From assembly GCA_021737275.1 (NCBI GenBank), contig JAIPEE010000015.1, positions 12,772-76,771 on the forward strand: 64,000 nt of DNA, in the 5' to 3' direction. Every line of letters begins with the position of its first letter. The first letter of the stretch is position 1. The stretch comes from Desulfobacterales bacterium (GTDB lineage Bacteria; Desulfobacterota; Desulfobacteria; Desulfobacterales; JAIPEE01). The position numbers and the translations under genes were made by a program. The notes under the pieces are model-generated. The model worked only from the letters and a program-made list of their open reading frames with translations. It did no database searches and was not told where the DNA came from. Shown in pieces: positions 50,764 through 58,776 of the stretch.

Positions 50764-51675
50764 TTATTTGATATCATATTCTATCATCTTAGACATACCG
50801 CGTCTTTGTACTTCAAGCTTAAGATTATCAGCGTCTTTCATGGCTGAGTAAAACTGAAGTGCATCATCCACACTTTCAATTTGTTTTCCGTCGACATTTT
50901 TAATAATGTCTCCGGAGCGAAGGCCAAGCGAGCTGAAAAAAGTATTGGGTTTAATACCCATAACAACAATGCCGTCCGCTTCACCATTTCTGAAATGAGG
51001 CCGGATAATGGCTTGTTTCATGAGGTCATTGACATTCTGAAACGCATCATTGATCCGGCTTCGGTTCAGGGAAACATGCCGAAGGTCACTTTCTGGAGAT
51101 TTGTGTAAAGTGGGTTCCATATCAACAGCAGGCCGTTGAATAGATGAATCGGAAGGGATAATCTTTTCGTCCATTCCAAGGATCTCATCTTTACCATTAA
51201 CGGTTAATACTACTTTTTTTCGTAAAATAATCTTGACGGTTGCACGCTGAATCTGATCACCGATCATACAAAGAAGCTGTTCTTTTTTTTTCTGATCTTC
51301 AATAACGGCATAGGCGCCATTATCACCGTCTGCCACCGTGCCCCGGAGCTTCAGTTTTAAGGTGGTTTGTTTCAACTTATCAATATCCGGCAGGAAGAGG
51401 GGTTTTTTGCCTGTATCTGATGCGGTATCAAAAAGGTTTCGTTTTGAAATAGTTTCATAATTCTTTAATGGCAGAGGCTTGTCATCATTAAAAGAAGTGT
51501 ATTTAAATGTTGACGTATAAGTTTGACGGTCATGAATAAAGCCAGTGGAAAGAATGCTGTAGAATATCCTGACACCAAGGAAAATTATAGCCGTAACCAG
51601 CAGCAGGTTAAGTACTATGAAATGCTGTTTAGTTGGTGAAAAGCGACCCGCTATTTTACGAATGTTTGATATCAT
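50764..51675 (-). CDS. gspC: Type II secretion system protein GspC-like (TM anchor plus C-terminal PDZ)
   Basis: N-terminal TM helix and PDZ-like C-terminus (GIKPNTFFSSLGLRSGDIIKNVDGKQI). Located immediately upstream of gspD. Confidence 0.65.
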   Translation of the reverse strand: MISNIRKIAGRFSPTKQHFIVLNLLLVTAIIFLGVRIFYSILSTGFIHDRQTYTSTFKYTSFNDDKPLPLKNYETISKRNLFDTASDTGKKPLFLPDIDKLKQTTLKLKLRGTVADGDNGAYAVIEDQKKKEQLLCMIGDQIQRATVKIILRKKVVLTVNGKDEILGMDEKIIPSDSSIQRPAVDMEPTLHKSPESDLRHVSLNRSRINDAFQNVNDLMKQAIIRPHFRNGEADGIVVMGIKPNTFFSSLGLRSGDIIKNVDGKQIESVDDALQFYSAMKDADNLKLEVQRRGMSKMIEYDIK

Positions 51676-52532
51676 TTTCTTGAATTAAAATCCAGTTTGT
51701 CAAATGTTCCACCAATAGTAAATGAAAACCCTTTTGTACCGGGTCTTTCCTGTTGAAATATGGCTGCACTCACCTCTTCACTCAGGCTTGCCAACAGCGT
51801 GTGATGGGGCTTGAACATTCCTGACAGCGTCAGTCTGCTTTTCTCCAATGGTGTTTTAAGTGTAATGCCGCCTGAAAGTGTTCCATCAATTTGTGCTCCC
51901 TTCAGGGTGCAGCTTTTGATCCTGATAATGTCATTGCTAAGTAAAATTTCAGATTCGATTTTTTCGAAGCTGATGCTTTCAATTGTAAAGAATGGTTCTG
52001 ATAATGTCAGCGCTCCGTTGATTAGCTTCAACGTCGCCAAAGCTTCCCGGCCTGCAGCAGATGAGAGTGTGTAATCAATCTTTCCGCTTAAAAGGCCTGA
52101 CAGCTGTTGTTCAGTTAAAAGGCCCAGGGCCTCAATCCGGTCAATGTTTATCTCATTAAGATTAATTACCGTGATTGAGTTTTTTTCTAAAAATATGGTG
52201 TGACCCGAAATATTTCCGCCAAATAAACCGGATTTAAAATTAAAACCCTTACCCGCTTTAAAAATAGAGGTATAATGGGGAGATACTTTAATCCCCTTAA
52301 TCCCGGCAATGGGCAGTCCGGTAGGTTGAAGTAAGAAATGGATTTTTTTAAGGCGGATACCCGGCAGAAGTGTCGGCTTTACATCATTAATTTCAACAGC
52401 AATTCCCGACATTCCGGATGCTGCATGATATGCAATAAACTCTCCAAACTTTTCTGACGGAAAAAGCACATATATAAACAGTGCCGTTATCGCTATTATA
52501 TAAATCGTTATGTATGTTCCGGCTCTTTTCAT
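51672..52532 (-). CDS. GspN-like T2SS protein
   Basis: Single N-terminal TM helix, 286 aa, Gly/Leu-rich beta-type repeats. Position between the gspM-like and gspC genes. Assignment is mostly by context. Confidence 0.5.
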   Translation of the reverse strand: MKRAGTYITIYIIAITALFIYVLFPSEKFGEFIAYHAASGMSGIAVEINDVKPTLLPGIRLKKIHFLLQPTGLPIAGIKGIKVSPHYTSIFKAGKGFNFKSGLFGGNISGHTIFLEKNSITVINLNEINIDRIEALGLLTEQQLSGLLSGKIDYTLSSAAGREALATLKLINGALTLSEPFFTIESISFEKIESEILLSNDIIRIKSCTLKGAQIDGTLSGGITLKTPLEKSRLTLSGMFKPHHTLLASLSEEVSAAIFQQERPGTKGFSFTIGGTFDKLDFNSRK

Positions 52533-52544
52533 TTTTTTTAACGT

Positions 52545-53069
52545 TTATACCGAAGCTGCCGCTACTTGTAATACAACATCAATAAGGCCTTCAGTCGTAT
52601 TTTGCCGTGTGATGGAAATCCTTTTTATCGTTACCATATTTTTAGATGATTCTACCCGGTAGAGATAAGCCACAAGCTGCTTCATTGTCAGGGACTGAAT
52701 CTTAAGCTCAACCATGGAAATCTTGTATTGGCCGGTCTGATCATTTTTGGTAGAAGGCCGCATATAAGTAATGTTGTCCTTGATGTTTGCTTCACCGGCC
52801 TCCCTGTCCAGAAAAGAAAAAAGCGTAAAATTTTTTTCTCTCTTTGAAATACTTTTAATGGATAGTTCCGAATTTGTTTTCAAATCTTCATATTCCGCCT
52901 TAAGTTGGATCATTTCATCGAGCATTACAGATCCGGCCTGCAGGGAACGTTTCATTGACGCCCTTTTTTCGAAAAAAGGAGAAATGACTACCTGCAGGAT
53001 AATAAAAATAAACAGGGCTGCCACAGCCGAATAAATCGAATATTTTTCCCGTCGGCTGAGTTTTTTCAC
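52545..53069 (-). CDS. GspM/PilO-like T2SS assembly protein
   Basis: 174 aa with an N-terminal TM helix and coiled region, followed by a ferredoxin-like C-terminus. Overlaps the gspL-like stop. Confidence 0.55.
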   Translation of the reverse strand: MKKLSRREKYSIYSAVAALFIFIILQVVISPFFEKRASMKRSLQAGSVMLDEMIQLKAEYEDLKTNSELSIKSISKREKNFTLFSFLDREAGEANIKDNITYMRPSTKNDQTGQYKISMVELKIQSLTMKQLVAYLYRVESSKNMVTIKRISITRQNTTEGLIDVVLQVAAASV

Positions 53070-54550
53070 GATGTCTGCTCCTGTTCGGCCATATCAGCAC
53101 CGAGCTGTATCTGCAGTTTGAACTTGACTTGTTTATCTGTTCGGTCGCTGTTGGCGGAACTGATGGTTACCTTTGAAAATTGCGGGATTTTTTCAATACG
53201 GGTTTTAATATCATTAACAGTATTGAATGTATCCGTAGTCCCTGTAATTGAAACCGTGCCGGCGCCCATCACAAATTGTGAAAATATAACCTTGCTGTCC
53301 TGGGATACTTCAGTACTGATACGGTTAATAATATCTATAACGCGTGGGTTTTCAGAGAGCTCTCTGTTGCCGGATGTATGTTGAAGTAACGTTCCGGTTT
53401 CGGCCTTCATCATCTGGTATTGCATATCGGGCATTTTTACTTTGTTTGATACATCAGGGAACGTTGATTTGAAAATTTCATGGATTTGATGATTCTGCCT
53501 TTCGGTTTGTCTCTTCAGGTGCCAGGTGTCTATCCCAAGATAAAAAATACCGGCCAGCAACAATAGTCCGGAAAGAATGCCTGTTCGGATGAGTTCTTTT
53601 TTATAGGTGATCCACCTTGTTCTTAAGGCAAATCTGCCTCTTCGGAAATTTATTCCGCCCATACTCTCTGTTTCTGAGATAGCCAGTGCAAGGACGCTAT
53701 TCAGTCGATCCGGATTCCAATCAGATGGAAGCTCATTCAGGATTGGAAATCTTATTTCATTTAACAGATCTATGCGTCGGACGGGAATCGACATTAGTTC
53801 TTCAAGATCATGTTCGGGCTGTTTGCCTGAAATTCCTGCGCCGGTAATAAGAATAGCTTCAGGTATAAAATTATGAATCTGCTGTGCTTCAAGAATGCCC
53901 AAAGATTGAATTACCTGATCTGAAAGTTTTTTTTCAAAAGCGTCTGTGTCGGCTGATACCGGAAAAGAACGTATAAGGGCTATTTTACCGGAAGAGATAA
54001 CAAAAACGGTTGTATCGTTTTCATTAATATCCAGCAGAATTGAATCCGGTGGTATATCCGACATTTCAGCCGACAGATTTGCCAGCGCATAGCCGCCGAT
54101 AGTAATCATTTTGGGTGATAAGCCGTGTACACCGATATTATCAATATATGATTGTAAAAAATCAGATTCAACAGAAGCAGTCATAATACTGCCCTGTTTT
54201 GACGCCTTAACAGGTTTAAAGTCAATTACTTGTGACTCCACGGGAAAGGGGAGTGATGGCTCGAGTTCAAAAGGTAGCACCTGTCTGATTTTTGCAGAAT
54301 CTTTAAACGGGAGGTGGATATTTCTGAAGGATATAGTGCCTGCAGGAAGAGCGATCACACACACGGTTTCTGTGATATCTGCCTGGTTCGAAATATCTTC
54401 TATTGCTTCCTGTAAACAAATACTACTATTTTTATCAGAAAAAGGCATGTGTGTGCATGCTGCGATAACATTTCCCTTGATACTGTTTTTTAAGAGAACA
54501 GCGGAAACAGAATCTTTTTGAATATCTATGCTTAATATCTGTTTTGCCAT
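53066..54550 (-). CDS. GspL-like protein (PilM-type actin-like cytoplasmic domain, TM helix, periplasmic domain)
   Basis: 494 aa with an N-terminal PilM/GspL-like domain and a central TM helix (GILSGLLLLAGIFYLGI). Operon position. Confidence 0.65.
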   Translation of the reverse strand: MAKQILSIDIQKDSVSAVLLKNSIKGNVIAACTHMPFSDKNSSICLQEAIEDISNQADITETVCVIALPAGTISFRNIHLPFKDSAKIRQVLPFELEPSLPFPVESQVIDFKPVKASKQGSIMTASVESDFLQSYIDNIGVHGLSPKMITIGGYALANLSAEMSDIPPDSILLDINENDTTVFVISSGKIALIRSFPVSADTDAFEKKLSDQVIQSLGILEAQQIHNFIPEAILITGAGISGKQPEHDLEELMSIPVRRIDLLNEIRFPILNELPSDWNPDRLNSVLALAISETESMGGINFRRGRFALRTRWITYKKELIRTGILSGLLLLAGIFYLGIDTWHLKRQTERQNHQIHEIFKSTFPDVSNKVKMPDMQYQMMKAETGTLLQHTSGNRELSENPRVIDIINRISTEVSQDSKVIFSQFVMGAGTVSITGTTDTFNTVNDIKTRIEKIPQFSKVTISSANSDRTDKQVKFKLQIQLGADMAEQEQTS

Positions 54551-54682
54551 TTGTCAGCCAAAAGCTCTCTTTCAATATATAGCTGTAGATACAGGCTCTG
54601 CTTGTTCATAAAAAAGCAAGAACAATAGTCTTAAATTGCTAAAATCGTTACATCTGGAAATTTTTTTGGATAGATTAATACT

Positions 54683-55756
54683 TTATAATATATGCCATTC
54701 CAAAATAGTGCAATACCATTTTCCCGATTTCTGGTATTTTTCTCTTTGAATCACAGTGACTATGCCAAGTTTGCTATTGTTGATTTCTGCAACAGCGTTA
54801 ATTCTGAATATATCGCTATTTGTTCGAATAACAGTTTCATTCAGTTTTATATCTGACAGCCCCGGTATATTGTTATACCAACCCGGTGCCGTAAGGCCAT
54901 TTATATAGGTGTCACTGTTTTTTTCATCACGGTATTCGGCCATGATCATGGCCAGGTTTTTATCACCCTGCGGAAGCAGAGCCGCCAGAACAGGAACTGC
55001 AGCTGTATTAATATTGATTTGTCCCGGGAAGCCGGGCGTATCGCCTGTGTCTAAAGAGGTGATGCCATGAACGGTAATAAATTCATATAATCCGGGCATA
55101 CCTTCGGTGCCGTAAAAAAATTCCGGTGTGATACCTTTGACCATCAATATATTATCGGGATGATCAAACGGCAGGTTGGTGCAGATATATGCCGGATCAA
55201 GTAAAACGTAATAATCTGATTCGGCACCGGTAAGACCGGTAATGGCTTCATCATCGCCCGTATCGATCCAGTCCTTTAAAGAATTAATAATTTCAGCCTG
55301 GGAGATATCTTTATAATGTTCGCTTACAGTAACGGCATTTTCAATAAAACGTTCCCAGACTTTCACCTGTTCCGGGTTAAAATCACGCCTGTCCGGATAT
55401 GTTACGATCGAATTAACCTGAATTCTGGAAAGTTCATCGGAAATCCGGACCGTAACTTTGCCATCATCAAACAAAAGTGTATCTGTAATGGCGGCAACTT
55501 TTTCAGGGATAGCCCAGTCCTCCTGAATCGTATCAATTTCCGATTCAGCCCTGTCTTTAATGAGGATTGCCATAGCCGCATGGATACCGGATGTTGCCAT
55601 GTTAAGCATTTTATAATGGTCCCTGGTGTTAGCCGTGGTCATAACAGTATGGCGAACACTTTTATTCAATGTCATTGCAACGGTAATCAAAATTGCAGCG
55701 ACCGATATGGTTATCAGCAGCGCAACGCCCCGATTATTAGTAATGGCCTTGTTCAT
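54683..55756 (-). CDS. gspK: Type II secretion minor pseudopilin GspK
   Basis: NRGVALLITISVAAILITVAM N-terminus, size, and the helix-hairpin-helix-like INTAAVPVLAAL motif typical of GspK. Confidence 0.8.
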   Translation of the reverse strand: MNKAITNNRGVALLITISVAAILITVAMTLNKSVRHTVMTTANTRDHYKMLNMATSGIHAAMAILIKDRAESEIDTIQEDWAIPEKVAAITDTLLFDDGKVTVRISDELSRIQVNSIVTYPDRRDFNPEQVKVWERFIENAVTVSEHYKDISQAEIINSLKDWIDTGDDEAITGLTGAESDYYVLLDPAYICTNLPFDHPDNILMVKGITPEFFYGTEGMPGLYEFITVHGITSLDTGDTPGFPGQININTAAVPVLAALLPQGDKNLAMIMAEYRDEKNSDTYINGLTAPGWYNNIPGLSDIKLNETVIRTNSDIFRINAVAEINNSKLGIVTVIQREKYQKSGKWYCTILEWHIL

Positions 55757-55759
55757 AAA

Positions 55760-56464
55760 TTACGATTTGTCCTGTTTGCCAAATAATGGCAGTGCAACCC
55801 GTGTTTCAAAAAAGTATGATGTCTCTTCTGTGCCGGTTTCAAGTGTAATCAATACAGACTTTGGCAGGGACTTTTCAAAGATGTTATCTCCCAAATCCCA
55901 GTAGTCATTCTCAATACCCTCTTTATCAAAATATTGTAGTGTCAGCGATTTTACATTTTTGCACAAAATTGGATCACTATCCGATTCTTCAAATTCAGGA
56001 TACGGAAAAATATTATCAGATCTTCTGATAACCATGTCACCGTTAGCCGTTTCATTAACATAATATACAATATGCGCTATGCCGGATTCCTTTCTGCCTC
56101 TGAAAGAGCAGTGTGCAAAAGAGAAAAATTGCAACCTGGAAAATGTTGATGAGTAAATATCATATGTTTCACCTAAAAAATTATAGCGGAGTGCCTCCGC
56201 ATCTTCCTTTGCAAAGTCATAAGGTGTCGCATAGATAGAGCTAAGATCAATCGTCATACGGGCCATGCAGTTCTGCGCCATTTCATATGCCTTATTTCCT
56301 TTTTCAATATCTTCAGCACTTGAAAATACAATTCCGTATGATCCGAATATGGTGGAGATGACGATGGCGAATATGGATATGGCGATCAGGATCTCAATGA
56401 GAGTGAAACCATTATTATAAAAATCTTGTCTCTCACCCGCTTCGTTCGAGCTCACAGAGGACAC
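55760..56464 (-). CDS. Minor pseudopilin GspJ-like
   Basis: Prepilin motif G|FTLIEILIAISIFAIV. No ATG lies between the repeat and the motif, and in-frame GTG codons occur at 56464 and 56455. The ORF-track start 56563 reads through repeat copy A. Confidence 0.65.
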   Translation of the reverse strand: MSSVSSNEAGERQDFYNNGFTLIEILIAISIFAIVISTIFGSYGIVFSSAEDIEKGNKAYEMAQNCMARMTIDLSSIYATPYDFAKEDAEALRYNFLGETYDIYSSTFSRLQFFSFAHCSFRGRKESGIAHIVYYVNETANGDMVIRRSDNIFPYPEFEESDSDPILCKNVKSLTLQYFDKEGIENDYWDLGDNIFEKSLPKSVLITLETGTEETSYFFETRVALPLFGKQDKS

Positions 56465-56497
56465 AGAGAAAAGCTTGAAAGCATTGCTTTGCAAAAG
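56425..56497 (-). repeat. T2SS-locus repeat element, copy A (about 73 nt)
   Basis: Hand alignment to copy C is gap-free, with about 60 of 71 positions identical (cYtgtctctcacccgcttcgYtcgag.tcacagag...cagagaaaagc...attgctt.gcaaa). Confidence 0.85.
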
Positions 56498-56580
56498 ATA
56501 CCAAAACCTGATTTTCAAGGTTTGAGGTATACATGATAAATGTTTTAAATAAATAAAATTCATTTTTGTTTATAAAATTC

Positions 56581-56620
56581 TTTTCTCTGAGCTCTCTGTG
56601 AACTCTTTGAGAGACAAGGG
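56581..56620 (+). repeat. T2SS-locus repeat element, copy B (short, inverted relative to A)
   Basis: The reverse complement cccttgtctctcaaagagttcacagagagctcagagaaaa shares 25 identical nt (gagttcacagagagctcagagaaaa) with copy C and lacks the cccgcttcgctc segment. Confidence 0.8.
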
Positions 56621-56721
56621 TTTAATTTATTATTCTTGTAATATACATGTAAGGGTGATTCAGGTTGTACATCTACCCCCATACCTTGTTTTTCTCTTTT
56701 ATCTCTCTTGTGCTCTCTTTT

Positions 56722-57132
56722 TTACCTGAAATACCGATACCCCACCACCTCGTAAACCATCCCGCCTTCATTCCGATTAACCACAACACTTATTTTCTTA
56801 AGCCCATTAACCGTATCACCCAACTCCTCATTTTCAAAATCTTCAACCGCTACCTGCCAGAAATAATCCGGATAATTTTCCCCAAAATTTCCACTGTCGT
56901 CTGTAAGATCATTCAACTGACGTGTTTCAATTTCAACCATTTTGCCTTGTGCTAAAAGCGGTGCAACCGTATAAAATCGGGCATTCATGTTCATGGATAT
57001 AGTTTGTGCATGAAGCTGGTATACTGCCGTCAGTACTATCGCAATAACAGTAATGGCTATCATGACTTCAAAAAGTGTGAAGCCCTGTGGACTTTTAAGT
57101 ACCCGGCTATTTTTAACGCTATTATCCATCAA
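56722..57132 (-). CDS. gspI: Minor pseudopilin GspI
   Basis: Prepilin motif QG|FTLFEVMIAITVIAIVL. Size (136 aa) and position between the gspH-like and gspJ-like genes. Confidence 0.78.
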   Translation of the reverse strand: MMDNSVKNSRVLKSPQGFTLFEVMIAITVIAIVLTAVYQLHAQTISMNMNARFYTVAPLLAQGKMVEIETRQLNDLTDDSGNFGENYPDYFWQVAVEDFENEELGDTVNGLKKISVVVNRNEGGMVYEVVGYRYFR

Positions 57133-57676
57133 TATTAATATGACCGTCTTCTATCTGAACATTAGCGAGAAAGGGTTCAATAATTACTGAAAGTTGTCTG
57201 CCATCACCTTCAATATGTATAACGGTTTTGTCCGAATAACCTTTATTATAAAAATAAATGCTTGTTACACCGCCAGAAAAAATTTCATCATCCGGAAAAG
57301 AGATATTTGAAATTATAACTCCTCCAGGAAACCGGTATGCTTTTTCTTCAGCTTCAGCCAACTATTCGTCAGGCATGTTTTCAGCTGTTATCCAGAGTTG
57401 ATTGACATCCATATTAATATTGAGCAGGTAGTTTGTTCTGGTGGTTTTAGCTTTTTCTTTCAATGCAGGAACATTAGATATAAACCACCGTGTTGATGCA
57501 TTTATATCATTATCAAAAAAGGTGGTGTTAAATTTGGGAACAGTAAAAGTGATCATAATGCCGAGAAGTGCAATGACAATAATCAGCTCTATGAGGGTAA
57601 ATCCTTTGGTAGATCTTAGCCGTGAAGTTTTCACGAAAGGTTGATTGTTCTCCTTAATAAAAACCCTGTCTCTCAC
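57122..57676 (-). pseudogene. GspH-like minor pseudopilin interrupted by a single in-frame TAG (57362-57364)
   Basis: GTG start at 57676 and prepilin motif KG|FTLIELIIVIALLG. The 104-codon and 79-codon ORFs are in the same frame (...gac gaa TAG ttg gct gaa...). Together they have GspH length and the C-terminal beta domain (YRFPGGVII...IYFYNKGY...IEGDGRQLSVII). Confidence 0.65.
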
Positions 57677-57736
57677 CCGCTTCGCTCGAGTTCACAGAGA
57701 GCTCAGAGAAAAGCGTAAAATTATTGCTTCGCAAAT
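57665..57736 (-). repeat. T2SS-locus repeat element, copy C (about 72 nt)
   Basis: See copy A. The gspH-like GTG start (57674-57676) lies inside the element. Confidence 0.85.
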
Positions 57737-57799
57737 CCCATACTGTTTTTTATATAAACGTTTGGATTCAGTGAAAGACATGTTTTATGATTTTCTCTT

Positions 57800-58258
57800 T
57801 TATTCAATATCCCAATTATTAATATCCGCATCAAACTCCTCGCCACCCGGCACACCATCAGCCCCATAGGAGATAATATCAAAATCACCATTTACACCAG
57901 GTGAAAGATATATATATTCACCATTCCACGGATCGCCTGGAACCTTTCTTTTTTCAAGGTATCCGCCTCTTTGCCATTTCTTTGGGATCTTCCCTGTCTG
58001 GGGCATTTCAACAAGAGCCTGCAACCCCTGTTCAGTTGATGGGTAGAAACCATTATGGAGCTTAAACAGATGAAGTGCAGTTTCCAATCCCTGGATCTGA
58101 GCGTGTGCTTTGGTTACCTTGGCCTCATCCGGTTTATCCATGAATCGAGGCACAACAATAGTTGCCAGTATACCGATAATGATAATAACAACCATGATTT
58201 CAATTAGTGTGAAGCCCTGTGTGCTGCGAATAAAACCTGTGACTCTTTTATCTTTCAT
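57800..58258 (-). CDS. gspG: Type II secretion major pseudopilin GspG
   Basis: MKDKRVTGFIRSTQG|FTLIEIMVVIIIIGILA, with DPWGNEY-like (DPWNGEYIY) and GADGVPGGEEFDADI motifs. GGAG lies 7 nt upstream of the 58258 ATG. Confidence 0.9.
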   Translation of the reverse strand: MKDKRVTGFIRSTQGFTLIEIMVVIIIIGILATIVVPRFMDKPDEAKVTKAHAQIQGLETALHLFKLHNGFYPSTEQGLQALVEMPQTGKIPKKWQRGGYLEKRKVPGDPWNGEYIYLSPGVNGDFDIISYGADGVPGGEEFDADINNWDIE

Positions 58259-58423
58259 TATTTCTCCAGACACCTGCAATCTATTACTTGGATTCAAGTT
58301 ATGTTTTTCGCACCTCATTCCTGAAATAAGCAGGAACCCGGCACACTTTAATTTTGTTTATCGGAGATTGGTATGGACGCTACCATAACTTCTCTTATAA
58401 TGCAAATTAAGTATGAACATAAT

Positions 58424-58474
58424 TTTGTGAAGCAACAAGTATTTCAAGCCCTACTCTGTGCCTTCTGTGAGAGA
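58424..58474 (+). repeat. T2SS-locus repeat element, copy D (diverged, same orientation as B)
   Basis: ttttgtgaagcaacaagtatttcaagccctactctgtgccttctgtgagag parallels the reverse complement of copy A (ttttgcaaagcaatgctttcaagcttttctctgtgtcctctgtgag). Confidence 0.6.
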
Positions 58475-58614
58475 TTGCTGTTTCCGATTTTTTTTCTCAG
58501 AAGGCCTACACTACTTTAGTATGATTTTTTCGTATTTAATAAAAAAATGTTGACCCCACAGAATTAAAAAGGTAAGGGTTATAAAATTTTATTTTTTTAT
58601 TTACTGTTATTAAA

Positions 58615-58691
58615 CCAAGTAGTTCCCAAGTAGTTCCCAAGTAGTTCCCAAGTAGTTCCCAAGTAGTTCCCAAGTAGTGCCCAAGTAGTAG
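58615..58691. repeat. Tandem repeat, 11-nt unit ccaagtagttc x7 (last two units degenerate)
   Basis: Five perfect units (58615-58669), then ccaagtagtgc and ccaagtagtag. Confidence 0.95.
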
Positions 58692-58776
58692 TACATAGTT
58701 TCACATAAATTATTATAATAAATGAGGTCTTTGGTGTTTCCAAGGTCTTCGTAAGTATTAATTAATCATATTAAAC

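Noticed and set aside
55760-56563. Full 267-codon ORF as GspJ with a 50-residue leader
   Set aside because: The first roughly 35 codons translate repeat copy A and AT-rich spacer. The same nucleotide element occurs in another frame upstream of gspH, so it is non-coding. A GTG at 56464 or 56455 is the more plausible start.
57362-57364. In-frame TAG of gspH as a pyrrolysine codon
   Set aside because: TAG is used as an ordinary terminator by neighbouring genes (for example 39216-39218 and 43410-43412), and no pylTSBCD genes are seen here. It is kept only as a remote alternative within the finding.
58615-58691. Tandem repeat considered as a CRISPR array
   Set aside because: The units are only 11 nt and directly abut with no spacers. 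No cas genes are present in the window.
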